IMG/VR virus record: IMGVR_UViG_3300030330_004944
Location: 1 to 53,086 of that record
Length of the DNA: 53,086 bases
DNA from: a virus
Lineage: Duplodnaviria; Caudoviricetes
Direction: 5' to 3' (one strand)
Position numbers and translations under genes: made by a program. This document shows, piece after piece, positions 46,872 through 53,086 of this stretch. How positions within the stretch are numbered: position 1 is the first letter of the stretch; each line of letters starts with the position of its first letter. A model generated the notes under the pieces. That model searched no databases, had not been told where the DNA came from, and saw only the letters and a list, made by a program, of their open reading frames with translations.

Positions 46872-47224
46872 ATGAATATACAGTTATTAAACCATGGGGC
46901 CATGAAATAAGATTTGCGATCAGTGATAAATATATTGGTAAGATTTTATATATAGCAAAAGGCCAGAGACTTTCTAGACAATATCATACACAAAAAGACG
47001 AAACTATTTTCGTACAAGAAGGTATTCTGTTACTAGAAATTGGATCTCCAAATGATCCTAATTTTAAAAAAATAGAACTAGGATATGGTCATCGTTATAG
47101 AATATTTCCGGGAGTAGTGCATAGATTTTGTGCCCCTTATGATCAAGGAGTGACATTAGTAGAGGTATCTACTCCGGAACTTGATGACGTAGTTAGACTA
47201 GAGGATGATTATAGTAGAATTTAG
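46868..47224 (+). CDS. Cupin (mannose-6-phosphate isomerase type II C-terminal-like)
   Basis: KPWGHE, LSRQYH..KDET, HRF, EVSTPELDDVVRLEDDY. Confidence 0.85.
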   Translation: MNEYTVIKPWGHEIRFAISDKYIGKILYIAKGQRLSRQYHTQKDETIFVQEGILLLEIGSPNDPNFKKIELGYGHRYRIFPGVVHRFCAPYDQGVTLVEVSTPELDDVVRLEDDYSRI

Positions 47225-47267
47225 AGATTGATTGTTCCCCTTCTAATTACTATAGGGGGGGTATTTT

Positions 47268-47966
47268 ATGTTATTGTTTTTACTATCTTGTTTGTTATCT
47301 CATGAGACTGATTTGGGACAGACAACAATCAGCTTAGAACAGACAAAAGCTATCAGTCATGTTAATTTCAAGCATGGTCACAAATCGTCTGTGAAGATAG
47401 AAATTCTACAAGACGAACTTATAAGCGGACATGGTTCCGGAAACTATTTTAAAATAGGCAAACATAAATTTATTATAACAGCAGGGCATGTAATATATGA
47501 TGCTTCTGCTGTTTTTATTTTAGACTCAGGCGAACCGGTTTTTCTAGAGGTGGCATATATAGATCCGTATTCTGATTTGGCCATCATGATACCAAGCCGA
47601 GAGCTATTCGAATCTAAGGCAGTAGAATATAGAAACTATAAGAAACAAGATATCCTAGGAAAGACAGTTAACTACACTGGATATCCTTCGGATTTGCCAA
47701 AGACATCATTTACTGGTACGGTTTCTTATAGTGGTATTGGATATGCTATTATACAGTCATATGCTGTTCCCGGTTCATCTGGTTCGATTGTTTTTGATAA
47801 CTCCGGAAAAGTCATAGGAGTAGTTAGTGCTGTTAAGATTGGTCACTACGGCCTTTCAATATTTCCTAGGCTAGAGGAGAACGTAGTTTTTGTTGAACGC
47901 ATGATTGAGTTCAACAGAAAAGATATTGTGGAGATAATTAAATTGTGGGGGAAGAACAGGAATTGA
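47268..47966 (+). CDS. Trypsin-like serine protease with N-terminal signal/lipobox
   Basis: TAGHV, DLA, PGSSGS triad; MLLFLLSC. Confidence 0.85.
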   Translation: MLLFLLSCLLSHETDLGQTTISLEQTKAISHVNFKHGHKSSVKIEILQDELISGHGSGNYFKIGKHKFIITAGHVIYDASAVFILDSGEPVFLEVAYIDPYSDLAIMIPSRELFESKAVEYRNYKKQDILGKTVNYTGYPSDLPKTSFTGTVSYSGIGYAIIQSYAVPGSSGSIVFDNSGKVIGVVSAVKIGHYGLSIFPRLEENVVFVERMIEFNRKDIVEIIKLWGKNRN

Positions 47967-48166
47967 TTGCTGGTACTCTCATAAAAGATATGGGTCGAAT
48001 TGGCATAATAACAAAAATCATAAAGAGCGGTACTTTAGATACCGCTCCTGTTTTGATTAAATGGAGAATAAATTACGAAATAATTTATTCTGATGGAACG
48101 ATTACAATCATAGCAAAAGAATCATTTCAGCGCTTAAAAGAACAAGGTATAATTGAAATTCTATGA
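47945..48166 (+). CDS. Small SH3/KOW-like protein
   Basis: LIAGTLI..IGIITK..YEIIYSDG. Confidence 0.55.
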   Translation: MGEEQELIAGTLIKDMGRIGIITKIIKSGTLDTAPVLIKWRINYEIIYSDGTITIIAKESFQRLKEQGIIEIL

Positions 48167-48204
48167 CCTACTACCCTACTACTACCCTACTACCCTACCC
48201 CCCC
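48167..48204 (-). repeat. C-rich CCCTA(CTA)n microsatellite; G-quadruplex motif on minus strand
   Basis: C tracts at 48174-76, 48185-87, 48193-95, 48198-204. Confidence 0.7.
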
Positions 48205-48226
48205 TCTTCCTTTTTTGGAGGCCCAT

Positions 48227-48490
48227 GTGCATTACTCTGATGTGAAATTGCCGGAAGATCAAAAAAAACTACTGAACTGCTACATGTTCATAACAGTTCG
48301 ATTAAAATCATTATGGATTGAATATGTTAATTACGTTGAGTCTCCTTTGGGATCTCAAGAATCTTTTTTTTATATAATAATATTCAATGAAATGGATTTC
48401 TTTGAAGGCTTAAGGGCTAGAATTGAAGATAAGCTTCCACCAAAACTTATGAGAAGCATGAGAGCTTTAGATGACTATAGCAGTTGGTAG
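48227..48490 (+). CDS. Hypothetical protein
   Basis: GTG start after SD GGAGG. Confidence 0.5.
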   Translation: MHYSDVKLPEDQKKLLNCYMFITVRLKSLWIEYVNYVESPLGSQESFFYIIIFNEMDFFEGLRARIEDKLPPKLMRSMRALDDYSSW

Positions 48491-48674
48491 GTTGGTCTTA
48501 GTTAGCACGTTCTTTAATAGCGAAGATTTTTTGTGTGTAATCATCTCCGAAGGAAGACCAGAATTTATAGGTGGTCTCGAAGGAACATATTATTACAAAG
48601 TCTATTGTTTTAAAACCAAAGAGACTTTCTTGTGCTTCAACTACGAGATGACCATAATACCTACCGACCAGTAG
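48471..48674 (+). CDS. Small SH3/KOW-like protein
   Basis: IAVGRLVLV..CVII..YKVYC. Confidence 0.5.
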   Translation: MTIAVGRLVLVSTFFNSEDFLCVIISEGRPEFIGGLEGTYYYKVYCFKTKETFLCFNYEMTIIPTDQ

Positions 48675-48756
48675 ATTTTTCCATTATCTACTCATGGGTA
48701 GGTAAAATTTTAACTAACTTGCATAAAATCGTTTGTCAAGTTTCATAAAACCCATC

Positions 48757-48791
48757 TTGCAAGAAGTGTGCCAATAGTTCTTTACATAACT
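48757..48791 (-). promoter_or_regulatory. sigma54 (-24/-12) consensus site, copy 1
   Basis: Minus strand AGTTATGTAAA-N6-TTGGCACACTTCTTGCAA. Confidence 0.7.
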
Positions 48792-48822
48792 GAAGAACCT
48801 TAGAAGTGTTTCTATGAATACT

Positions 48823-48857
48823 TAGCAAAAACCGTGCCAAAAAAATTTTACATAACT
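48823..48857 (-). promoter_or_regulatory. sigma54 consensus site, copy 2
   Basis: Minus strand AGTTATGTAAA-N6-TTGGCACGGTTTTTGCTA, a full TGGCACG-N4-TTGCW match. Confidence 0.75.
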
Positions 48858-48911
48858 TCCACGTTTTTAGCAAAGTTGCATAAAGTTTATGAAAGTTACA
48901 TAAAATGGTGG

Positions 48912-48946
48912 TTGCAAGAAGTGTGCCAAAAAAAGTTTACATAACT
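48912..48946 (-). promoter_or_regulatory. sigma54 consensus site, copy 3
   Basis: Minus strand AGTTATGTAAA-N6-TTGGCACACTTCTTGCAA. Confidence 0.7.
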
Positions 48947-49130
48947 AAACTGCTTCCTTGCGCACCAGAGCACGTTTTTGCCTACTTTGGAGGTAAGTGG
49001 CATAAAACTATAACAAACTTTCATAAATTTTATATCATACTTATGAGTAGATAAAAAACTTTTACTTTTTTTCTTGACAAAGTCTTTGATATATTATAAG
49101 AGTATAGTATGAAAACTTTCTGGAGAAAAA

Positions 49131-49355
49131 ATGCGAATAGCAAAAACACTAGATGATTTACCTATTGGAACACCAATTGAGATAAATGGTGCGTATAAAA
49201 TACATAAAGGAATAGTGTGTAGAGTAAGGCGTGCAGCAGAGCCAGAGGTGGTGGTTCTTTTTTCCGATGGGTCTGAATTGACTTACTATGAGGAAGACTT
49301 GATAACCGAGCAGATACAGATTTTGGAGACAAAGTGCAAAGAGCAAAAACAATAG
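49131..49355 (+). CDS. Small SH3-like protein (paralog of next gene)
   Basis: MRIAKTLDDLPIGTPI..GIVC..VLFSDGS. Confidence 0.65.
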   Translation: MRIAKTLDDLPIGTPIEINGAYKIHKGIVCRVRRAAEPEVVVLFSDGSELTYYEEDLITEQIQILETKCKEQKQ

Positions 49356-49540
49356 AAGATTTACCCATAGGCACAGCTATAAGTTGGGATGGGCTTGATA
49401 TAGGAATCGTGTGTAAACACGGGATATATGGTTGTGGTGATAGATTCATAGAGATACTGTATACAGATGGAAGTCGTATCCCCTATCATCATCGTGAGAT
49501 AGAAATAGGCAATTTTTTAATTTTGGGGTTAGAGTCATGA
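49334..49540 (+). CDS. Small SH3-like protein
   Basis: MQRAKTIEDLPIGTAI..GIVC..ILYTDGS. Confidence 0.65.
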   Translation: MQRAKTIEDLPIGTAISWDGLDIGIVCKHGIYGCGDRFIEILYTDGSRIPYHHREIEIGNFLILGLES

Positions 49541-49710
49541 AAGAACTTAAAAAGGGTGACTTAATAATATGTTTTAATAAAAACACTGGCTTTGAAAGTC
49601 TTGGCTATATTAGGGCAATATGGGGGGACGATACATGGATCGTCTATATTTTTAAAAATGCGGGAATTGGGGTTTGGACAAAATCTCATATAAAATACTT
49701 GACAATTTAA
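49537..49710 (+). CDS. 57-aa SH3/KOW-like protein (not in ORF track)
   Basis: MKELKKGDLII..LGYI..WIVY; ATGA overlap. Confidence 0.55.
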   Translation: MKELKKGDLIICFNKNTGFESLGYIRAIWGDDTWIVYIFKNAGIGVWTKSHIKYLTI

Positions 49711-49726
49711 ATGAATAGGTTATATT
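49699..49726 (+). promoter_or_regulatory. sigma70-like promoter
   Basis: TTGACA-16-TATATT. Confidence 0.75.
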
Positions 49727-49754
49727 ATAAATACCAACACCGGAGAGCAAAAAA

Positions 49755-49964
49755 ATGATAAAAACTAGAGAGGTGAAGCATATAAGAACTGGTATGCTTT
49801 GTAGAGTTATAAAAGACGATACTCACCTAACCAGTCAATATAATGATTATATAGTAATTAAAGGCCCTTTAGGGCCAACAGGATACTTTGTAGAGGGTGT
49901 CAATCTAAAAACCCTTAAAAATCATCATTATGCTATTGATGATTTAGAGGAGATATACGTGTGA
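49755..49964 (+). CDS. Small SH3-like protein
   Basis: IRTGMLCRV; SD GGAG after promoter 49699. Confidence 0.6.
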   Translation: MIKTREVKHIRTGMLCRVIKDDTHLTSQYNDYIVIKGPLGPTGYFVEGVNLKTLKNHHYAIDDLEEIYV

Positions 49965-50137
49965 TGAAGATTAAAAACCTATATAGACATAAACATCCGG
50001 AGTTTCATAAGAAGCTTGGCTTTGGTGTGCTTGTTGAGAAAGTCAATGACAATAGATGGATCATTAGATGGATAGGAACGGGGAAAATAGTTCCGATGCA
50101 TCCGAATTGGCTGGAGGCTATTTATGAAGATAGGTGA
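49964..50137 (+). CDS. 57-aa SH3-like protein (not in ORF track)
   Basis: MKIKNLYRH..GFGVLV..WIIRW..WLEAI; TGATG overlap. Confidence 0.55.
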   Translation: MKIKNLYRHKHPEFHKKLGFGVLVEKVNDNRWIIRWIGTGKIVPMHPNWLEAIYEDR

Positions 50138-50315
50138 CATTATATTATTTACAACAGGCAGCGAACGATCTTGGGGTTTGGGTATTTTATTGGATGAGTG
50201 CGATCTAAATTATGATCAAGTATATAAAATATATTTCCCCAACAAAAATATACAATTACTCTACACCAAAATAGAGCTTGTAGGCAACACAATAAACATT
50301 AGTAAAAGGAGCTAA
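50124..50315 (+). CDS. Small SH3/KOW-like protein
   Basis: MKIGDIILF..GLGILL..YKIYF. Confidence 0.6.
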   Translation: MKIGDIILFTTGSERSWGLGILLDECDLNYDQVYKIYFPNKNIQLLYTKIELVGNTINISKRS

Positions 50316-50321
50316 AAATCA

Positions 50322-51137
50322 ATGACAATGATAAGTGATATAAGTTTTGTAGAGTTTCTACAATTAAAGCAAAAAATGGATGATAACATAAACAGAATCA
50401 TCAAGGATCATGAAGAAGTAACTGGCAAAAAGATGAGGTACAAGTGGAACCTGCCTATTGATGATTATTGGCATACCAAAGGCAAAGAACTATTGAACCT
50501 AGGGCGAATCAATGAGTCTAACTATAAGGATCATTGGTTCCCTAGTAGAATCGTAAGAGAATGGGACACCGAGTCTTACGGTAAGCAATTCGAATCTTTA
50601 TATAAAGCCTACAAAGGTATCGCCAATGATCCTAAATATATTAAGATTCTTAAAAAAGTACGTGAAAAAGCAAGATTATGGGGCTTCATATATGGCGAAA
50701 CGGTAGAGGCCACAGATGCTGGACGTTTTTTGTCTTTTTGGTCGTATAGAACAGCCTATGAAGACACAAAAGGGGCTTGGAGGCACTGGTTTGACTGCTT
50801 TCTTCATGACAATAAGTTTGCTGTAGGCTCTATTGTTGAGTTTCGTTCAAGGGCAACCCACAATCATTTATGGCATACAGAGATAATTTGGGATAGACCG
50901 AGGCTCCGAACAACCCCTATTCGTGATTGGAAATCAATTAAAAACAAAACCTTCGTTGTTTTAGCCTATGATCAAAAAGACCCTCCCACAACCTATTCTT
51001 ATAAGCCATCCATGGGTTCTCATAAAATGGTATCAGTGTTACCGCTAGGAGGGACTAAGGTTCACTATGTATCAGAGCAGTTTTTAAAAATCTCACGTAA
51101 ACAAGCGGTCAAAGACGCTAAGGGAAAAAAGAAATGA
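50322..51137 (+). CDS. Hypothetical protein with C-terminal SH3-like segment
   Basis: KFAVGSIVEF..VSEQFLK; SD AGGAG. Confidence 0.65.
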   Translation: MTMISDISFVEFLQLKQKMDDNINRIIKDHEEVTGKKMRYKWNLPIDDYWHTKGKELLNLGRINESNYKDHWFPSRIVREWDTESYGKQFESLYKAYKGIANDPKYIKILKKVREKARLWGFIYGETVEATDAGRFLSFWSYRTAYEDTKGAWRHWFDCFLHDNKFAVGSIVEFRSRATHNHLWHTEIIWDRPRLRTTPIRDWKSIKNKTFVVLAYDQKDPPTTYSYKPSMGSHKMVSVLPLGGTKVHYVSEQFLKISRKQAVKDAKGKKK

Positions 51138-51334
51138 AAGATGGGGATATATTTATAGATCCAGATGGTAGGATAGGAGTTGTTTATTGTACAATAGAGG
51201 CTTGCGTTCCCGTTGGCGGTGGTTGTACCAATGCTGCTATGGGCTTCTATTTTGATAACGGGGAAAAAATGATAATATATGAAGAAGAAATTGAAATAAT
51301 TGGAGGTTATAGTGGCGCATATATATTGGAATAA
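51134..51334 (+). CDS. Small SH3-like protein
   Basis: MKDGDIF..IGVV..FYFDNG..EEEIEII. Confidence 0.55.
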   Translation: MKDGDIFIDPDGRIGVVYCTIEACVPVGGGCTNAAMGFYFDNGEKMIIYEEEIEIIGGYSGAYILE

Positions 51335-51596
51335 AGGCGACAAAGTCGATAAAAAAGAAGCAATTGATGCTTTGATGAGAGAGCTTGTCAAGGTTACAGA
51401 CACAACGTTTACAGTTAAAGCGGAGTCCGACGATGCGGGTTCTCACTTGGTAGCTTATATTGAAAGAACCGACGACGACGAGATACCAGACAAGAAGGAT
51501 CTACCAGAGAAGTTTTTGGGATGGAGACTCTTAGTCGTACATGTTCATGAAGGTTTCATAACCTATGTTATGAATGGAAAAAGATATGACGAATGA
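51312..51596 (+). CDS. Hypothetical protein
   Basis: GTG after SD GGAGG. Confidence 0.55.
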   Translation: MAHIYWNKGDKVDKKEAIDALMRELVKVTDTTFTVKAESDDAGSHLVAYIERTDDDEIPDKKDLPEKFLGWRLLVVHVHEGFITYVMNGKRYDE

Positions 51597-51870
51597 CATG
51601 GGACATACTTTAGAAGTAGGTGACTTGTTGTGTAGGGGCAATGAGGTTGGTGTAGTACAACATATACAGACAACTCCGTATGGATTTATATACAATATAT
51701 ATTGGGTTTGGGAAAACACTTGTGGGATGACGACTATCCCACAGCAACTACTATGTAAAGCTTTTTTTAATAAATTTATCCATATCAAGGCCGAGAATAA
51801 GAATGAGCAAGAGAGACAAGCGAAGGAGAATAAAGAGGAAGAGGCAAAGGGTGAACTACAAGGTAGGTGA
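51586..51870 (+). CDS. SH3/KOW-like protein
   Basis: LEVGDLL..VGVV..YNIYW. Confidence 0.55.
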   Translation: MTNDMGHTLEVGDLLCRGNEVGVVQHIQTTPYGFIYNIYWVWENTCGMTTIPQQLLCKAFFNKFIHIKAENKNEQERQAKENKEEEAKGELQGR

Positions 51871-52030
51871 TTTAGTTTGGTATTATCCGGCACACGGTTC
51901 CAAAAGAAGATTGTGTATCATACATCAACATCATGATATGCATGGCTTTCTTTTTCAACTATGGGACATAAATCGAGGTTACAAGTTCATAGCTTCAAAA
52001 AGTTGTATAAAATTACTTGACAAACCTTAA
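51851..52030 (+). CDS. SH3/KOW-like protein
   Basis: YKVGDLVWY; GTG start. Confidence 0.55.
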   Translation: MNYKVGDLVWYYPAHGSKRRLCIIHQHHDMHGFLFQLWDINRGYKFIASKSCIKLLDKP

Positions 52031-52049
52031 GGACGTGTTAGTGGATAAT

Positions 52050-52223
52050 ATGAAAACAGAATGGAAGGTTGGAGACTTGGTGGTCGATCGAAAAGATGGA
52101 GATATAGGTGTAATAGTTGAAATGATAACTGCTAAAGCAGCTATAATCCATTGGCCTTGTGGCCACCAGTCGGCAGTTATATTAGGCAATCACGTTAGGA
52201 GATTTAAGTATGAAAGTAGGTGA
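52050..52223 (+). CDS. SH3/KOW-like protein
   Basis: WKVGDLVV..IGVIVE..IHW. Confidence 0.6.
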   Translation: MKTEWKVGDLVVDRKDGDIGVIVEMITAKAAIIHWPCGHQSAVILGNHVRRFKYESR

Positions 52224-52413
52224 TTTAGTCGTGATAACCGTAAGGTGTTGGAAAGACCAGAGAGAGCACGTAGATAATTATACCGGTATAATAAGGGAAA
52301 TTCGAGAAGATCCATTTGAGACAAGGTATAATGTATATTTTGCCTCCCCTCCAAACGATGCTTGGAATTGTCACTTTTGGAGCGCCCCATATTTAAAACG
52401 GGTGAGAGAGTGA
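52210..52413 (+). CDS. SH3/KOW-like protein
   Basis: MKVGDLVV..TGII..YNVYF. Confidence 0.65.
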   Translation: MKVGDLVVITVRCWKDQREHVDNYTGIIREIREDPFETRYNVYFASPPNDAWNCHFWSAPYLKRVRE

Positions 52414-52574
52414 AAGTAGGTGATCTAGTATATTGGAAAGGCAATAGGGATTTGTGGATTATCATAAGTCTATCAAAATATAGTGTTTCCATTTGGAACG
52501 TCAAAAATGGCAATAGAATTGGATTTAAAAATCCTCATCGTGCTCCGTTAAAATTGTTTGGAGGTGTTGAATGA
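52410..52574 (+). CDS. SH3/KOW-like protein
   Basis: (V)KVGDLVYW; GTGA overlap. Confidence 0.6.
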   Translation: MKVGDLVYWKGNRDLWIIISLSKYSVSIWNVKNGNRIGFKNPHRAPLKLFGGVE

Positions 52575-52726
52575 AAGTAGGTGATTTGGTTTACTGTACT
52601 GATTATGAACAGAGTTGGGGGATTATCTTGGCGGAATGTATGAACCAATATGAAATATATTGGATGGATGGTGATCGCTCATGGATCTTTAAAAGGGCGG
52701 TCAAAAAATATAAAAAAAATACTTGA
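52571..52726 (+). CDS. 51-aa SH3/KOW-like protein (not in ORF track)
   Basis: MKVGDLVYC..WGII..YEIYWMDG; SD GGAGG. Confidence 0.65.
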   Translation: MKVGDLVYCTDYEQSWGIILAECMNQYEIYWMDGDRSWIFKRAVKKYKKNT

Positions 52727-52750
52727 CAATTTTAAGCAACAGGTTATACT
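52723..52750 (+). promoter_or_regulatory. sigma70-like promoter of uvsE
   Basis: A-tract, TTGACA-16-TATACT. Confidence 0.8.
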
Positions 52751-52780
52751 ATAAACATCACAACAAAACATGGAGATAAC

Positions 52781-53086
52781 ATGAAATTGGGATACGCATG
52801 TATCAACAAAGGCTTATCAGAACAGCCAAAGTCAAAACGAATTACAACCAATAGGACGTTCCGCAAAGCAACGTTCGAAGAGAAGGGCCTTCCGTATGCA
52901 TCGGAAATCTTCCTACAGAACAGCAAAGACTTATTGGAGATCCTTAAGTGGAACGAGAAACACAACATTAAGTTTTTCCGTTTATCTTCTCAGATTGTTT
53001 CGTGGGCTTCCGAGTACCTACTACCCTCCCTCCCCGACTACTCCGAGATTGAAGAAGTCCTCTTCGAGTGTGGTATGTACATAGAG
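52781..53086 (+). CDS. uvsE: UV damage endonuclease UvdE/UvsE, 3'-truncated (not in ORF track)
   Basis: MKLGYACIN..TTNRTFR..QNSKDLLEILKWNEKHNIKFFRLSS; SD GGAG and promoter 52723. Confidence 0.88.
   Translation, partial: MKLGYACINKGLSEQPKSKRITTNRTFRKATFEEKGLPYASEIFLQNSKDLLEILKWNEKHNIKFFRLSSQIVSWASEYLLPSLPDYSEIEEVLFECGMYIE

Larger units (their letters stand above)
48684..49054. repeat. Non-coding element bounded by 17-bp imperfect inverted repeats
   Basis: TTATCTACTCATGGGTA (48684-48700) versus TACTTATGAGTAGATAA (49038-49054), 15/17 match with a perfect 12-bp core. Confidence 0.8.

Noticed and set aside
48757-48946. Mini CRISPR array (35-bp repeats)
   Set aside because: Only three copies, internally degenerate and non-palindromic; spacers of 31 and 54 bp, the longer containing the same CATAA boxes; no cas genes
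48684-49054. MITE or IS remnant
   Set aside because: Inverted repeats present, but no target-site duplication or transposase seen; the interior looks like ordered binding sites
49074-49110. sigma70 promoter at TTGACA 49074 (also 52017)
   Set aside because: No good -10 hexamer at 16-18 bp spacing; left uncalled
756-52968. Minus-strand and nested alternative-frame ORFs in the track
   Set aside because: All shadow well-supported + strand genes and lack SDs and motifs; those at 22133-22609 arise from the 45-bp repeat
52896-53084. 62-aa ORF in the track
   Set aside because: Out-of-frame overlap with the uvsE reading frame starting at 52781
1-53086. tRNA or rRNA genes; alternative genetic code
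   Set aside because: No cloverleaf or T-loop signature in the short intergenic gaps; long genes are intact in code 11 and use TAA, TAG and TGA stops

Overview
This 53 kb AT-rich window is a fragment of a large contractile-tailed (myovirus-like) bacteriophage genome; every convincing gene is on the + strand. 1-14.4 kb is a tail module: terminator, sheath, two tube paralogs, a frameshifting chaperone pair, tape measure and baseplate. 14.4-41 kb covers replication and nucleotide metabolism: a minimal PolA, a degenerate tubulin, gp32-like SSB, RecA, 5'-3' exonuclease, DnaB-like helicase, class II RNR, ThyX, dUTPase, DnaE, two adenine MTases, a putative restriction endonuclease and a GIY-YIG nuclease. 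41-48 kb holds ClpP, endolysin, GroEL, a holin-like gene, glutaredoxin, cupin and proteases. After a 450-bp non-coding control region comes an array of small SH3/KOW-like genes and a truncated UV endonuclease. Two promoter classes are visible: about 16 sigma70-like TTGACA..TATAWT sites and a putative late motif WCTAHTTA. The most unusual signals are: three antisense sigma54 consensus sites, each with a fixed-distance 11-bp box, inside an inverted-repeat-bounded element at 48.68-49.05 kb; H-type pseudoknots fused to U-tract terminators around the SSB and recA genes; near-total avoidance of YCAGG/CCTGR; and an exact 44-bp repeat heading both diverged tail-tube genes. All protein calls come from motif recognition by eye, with no database search.
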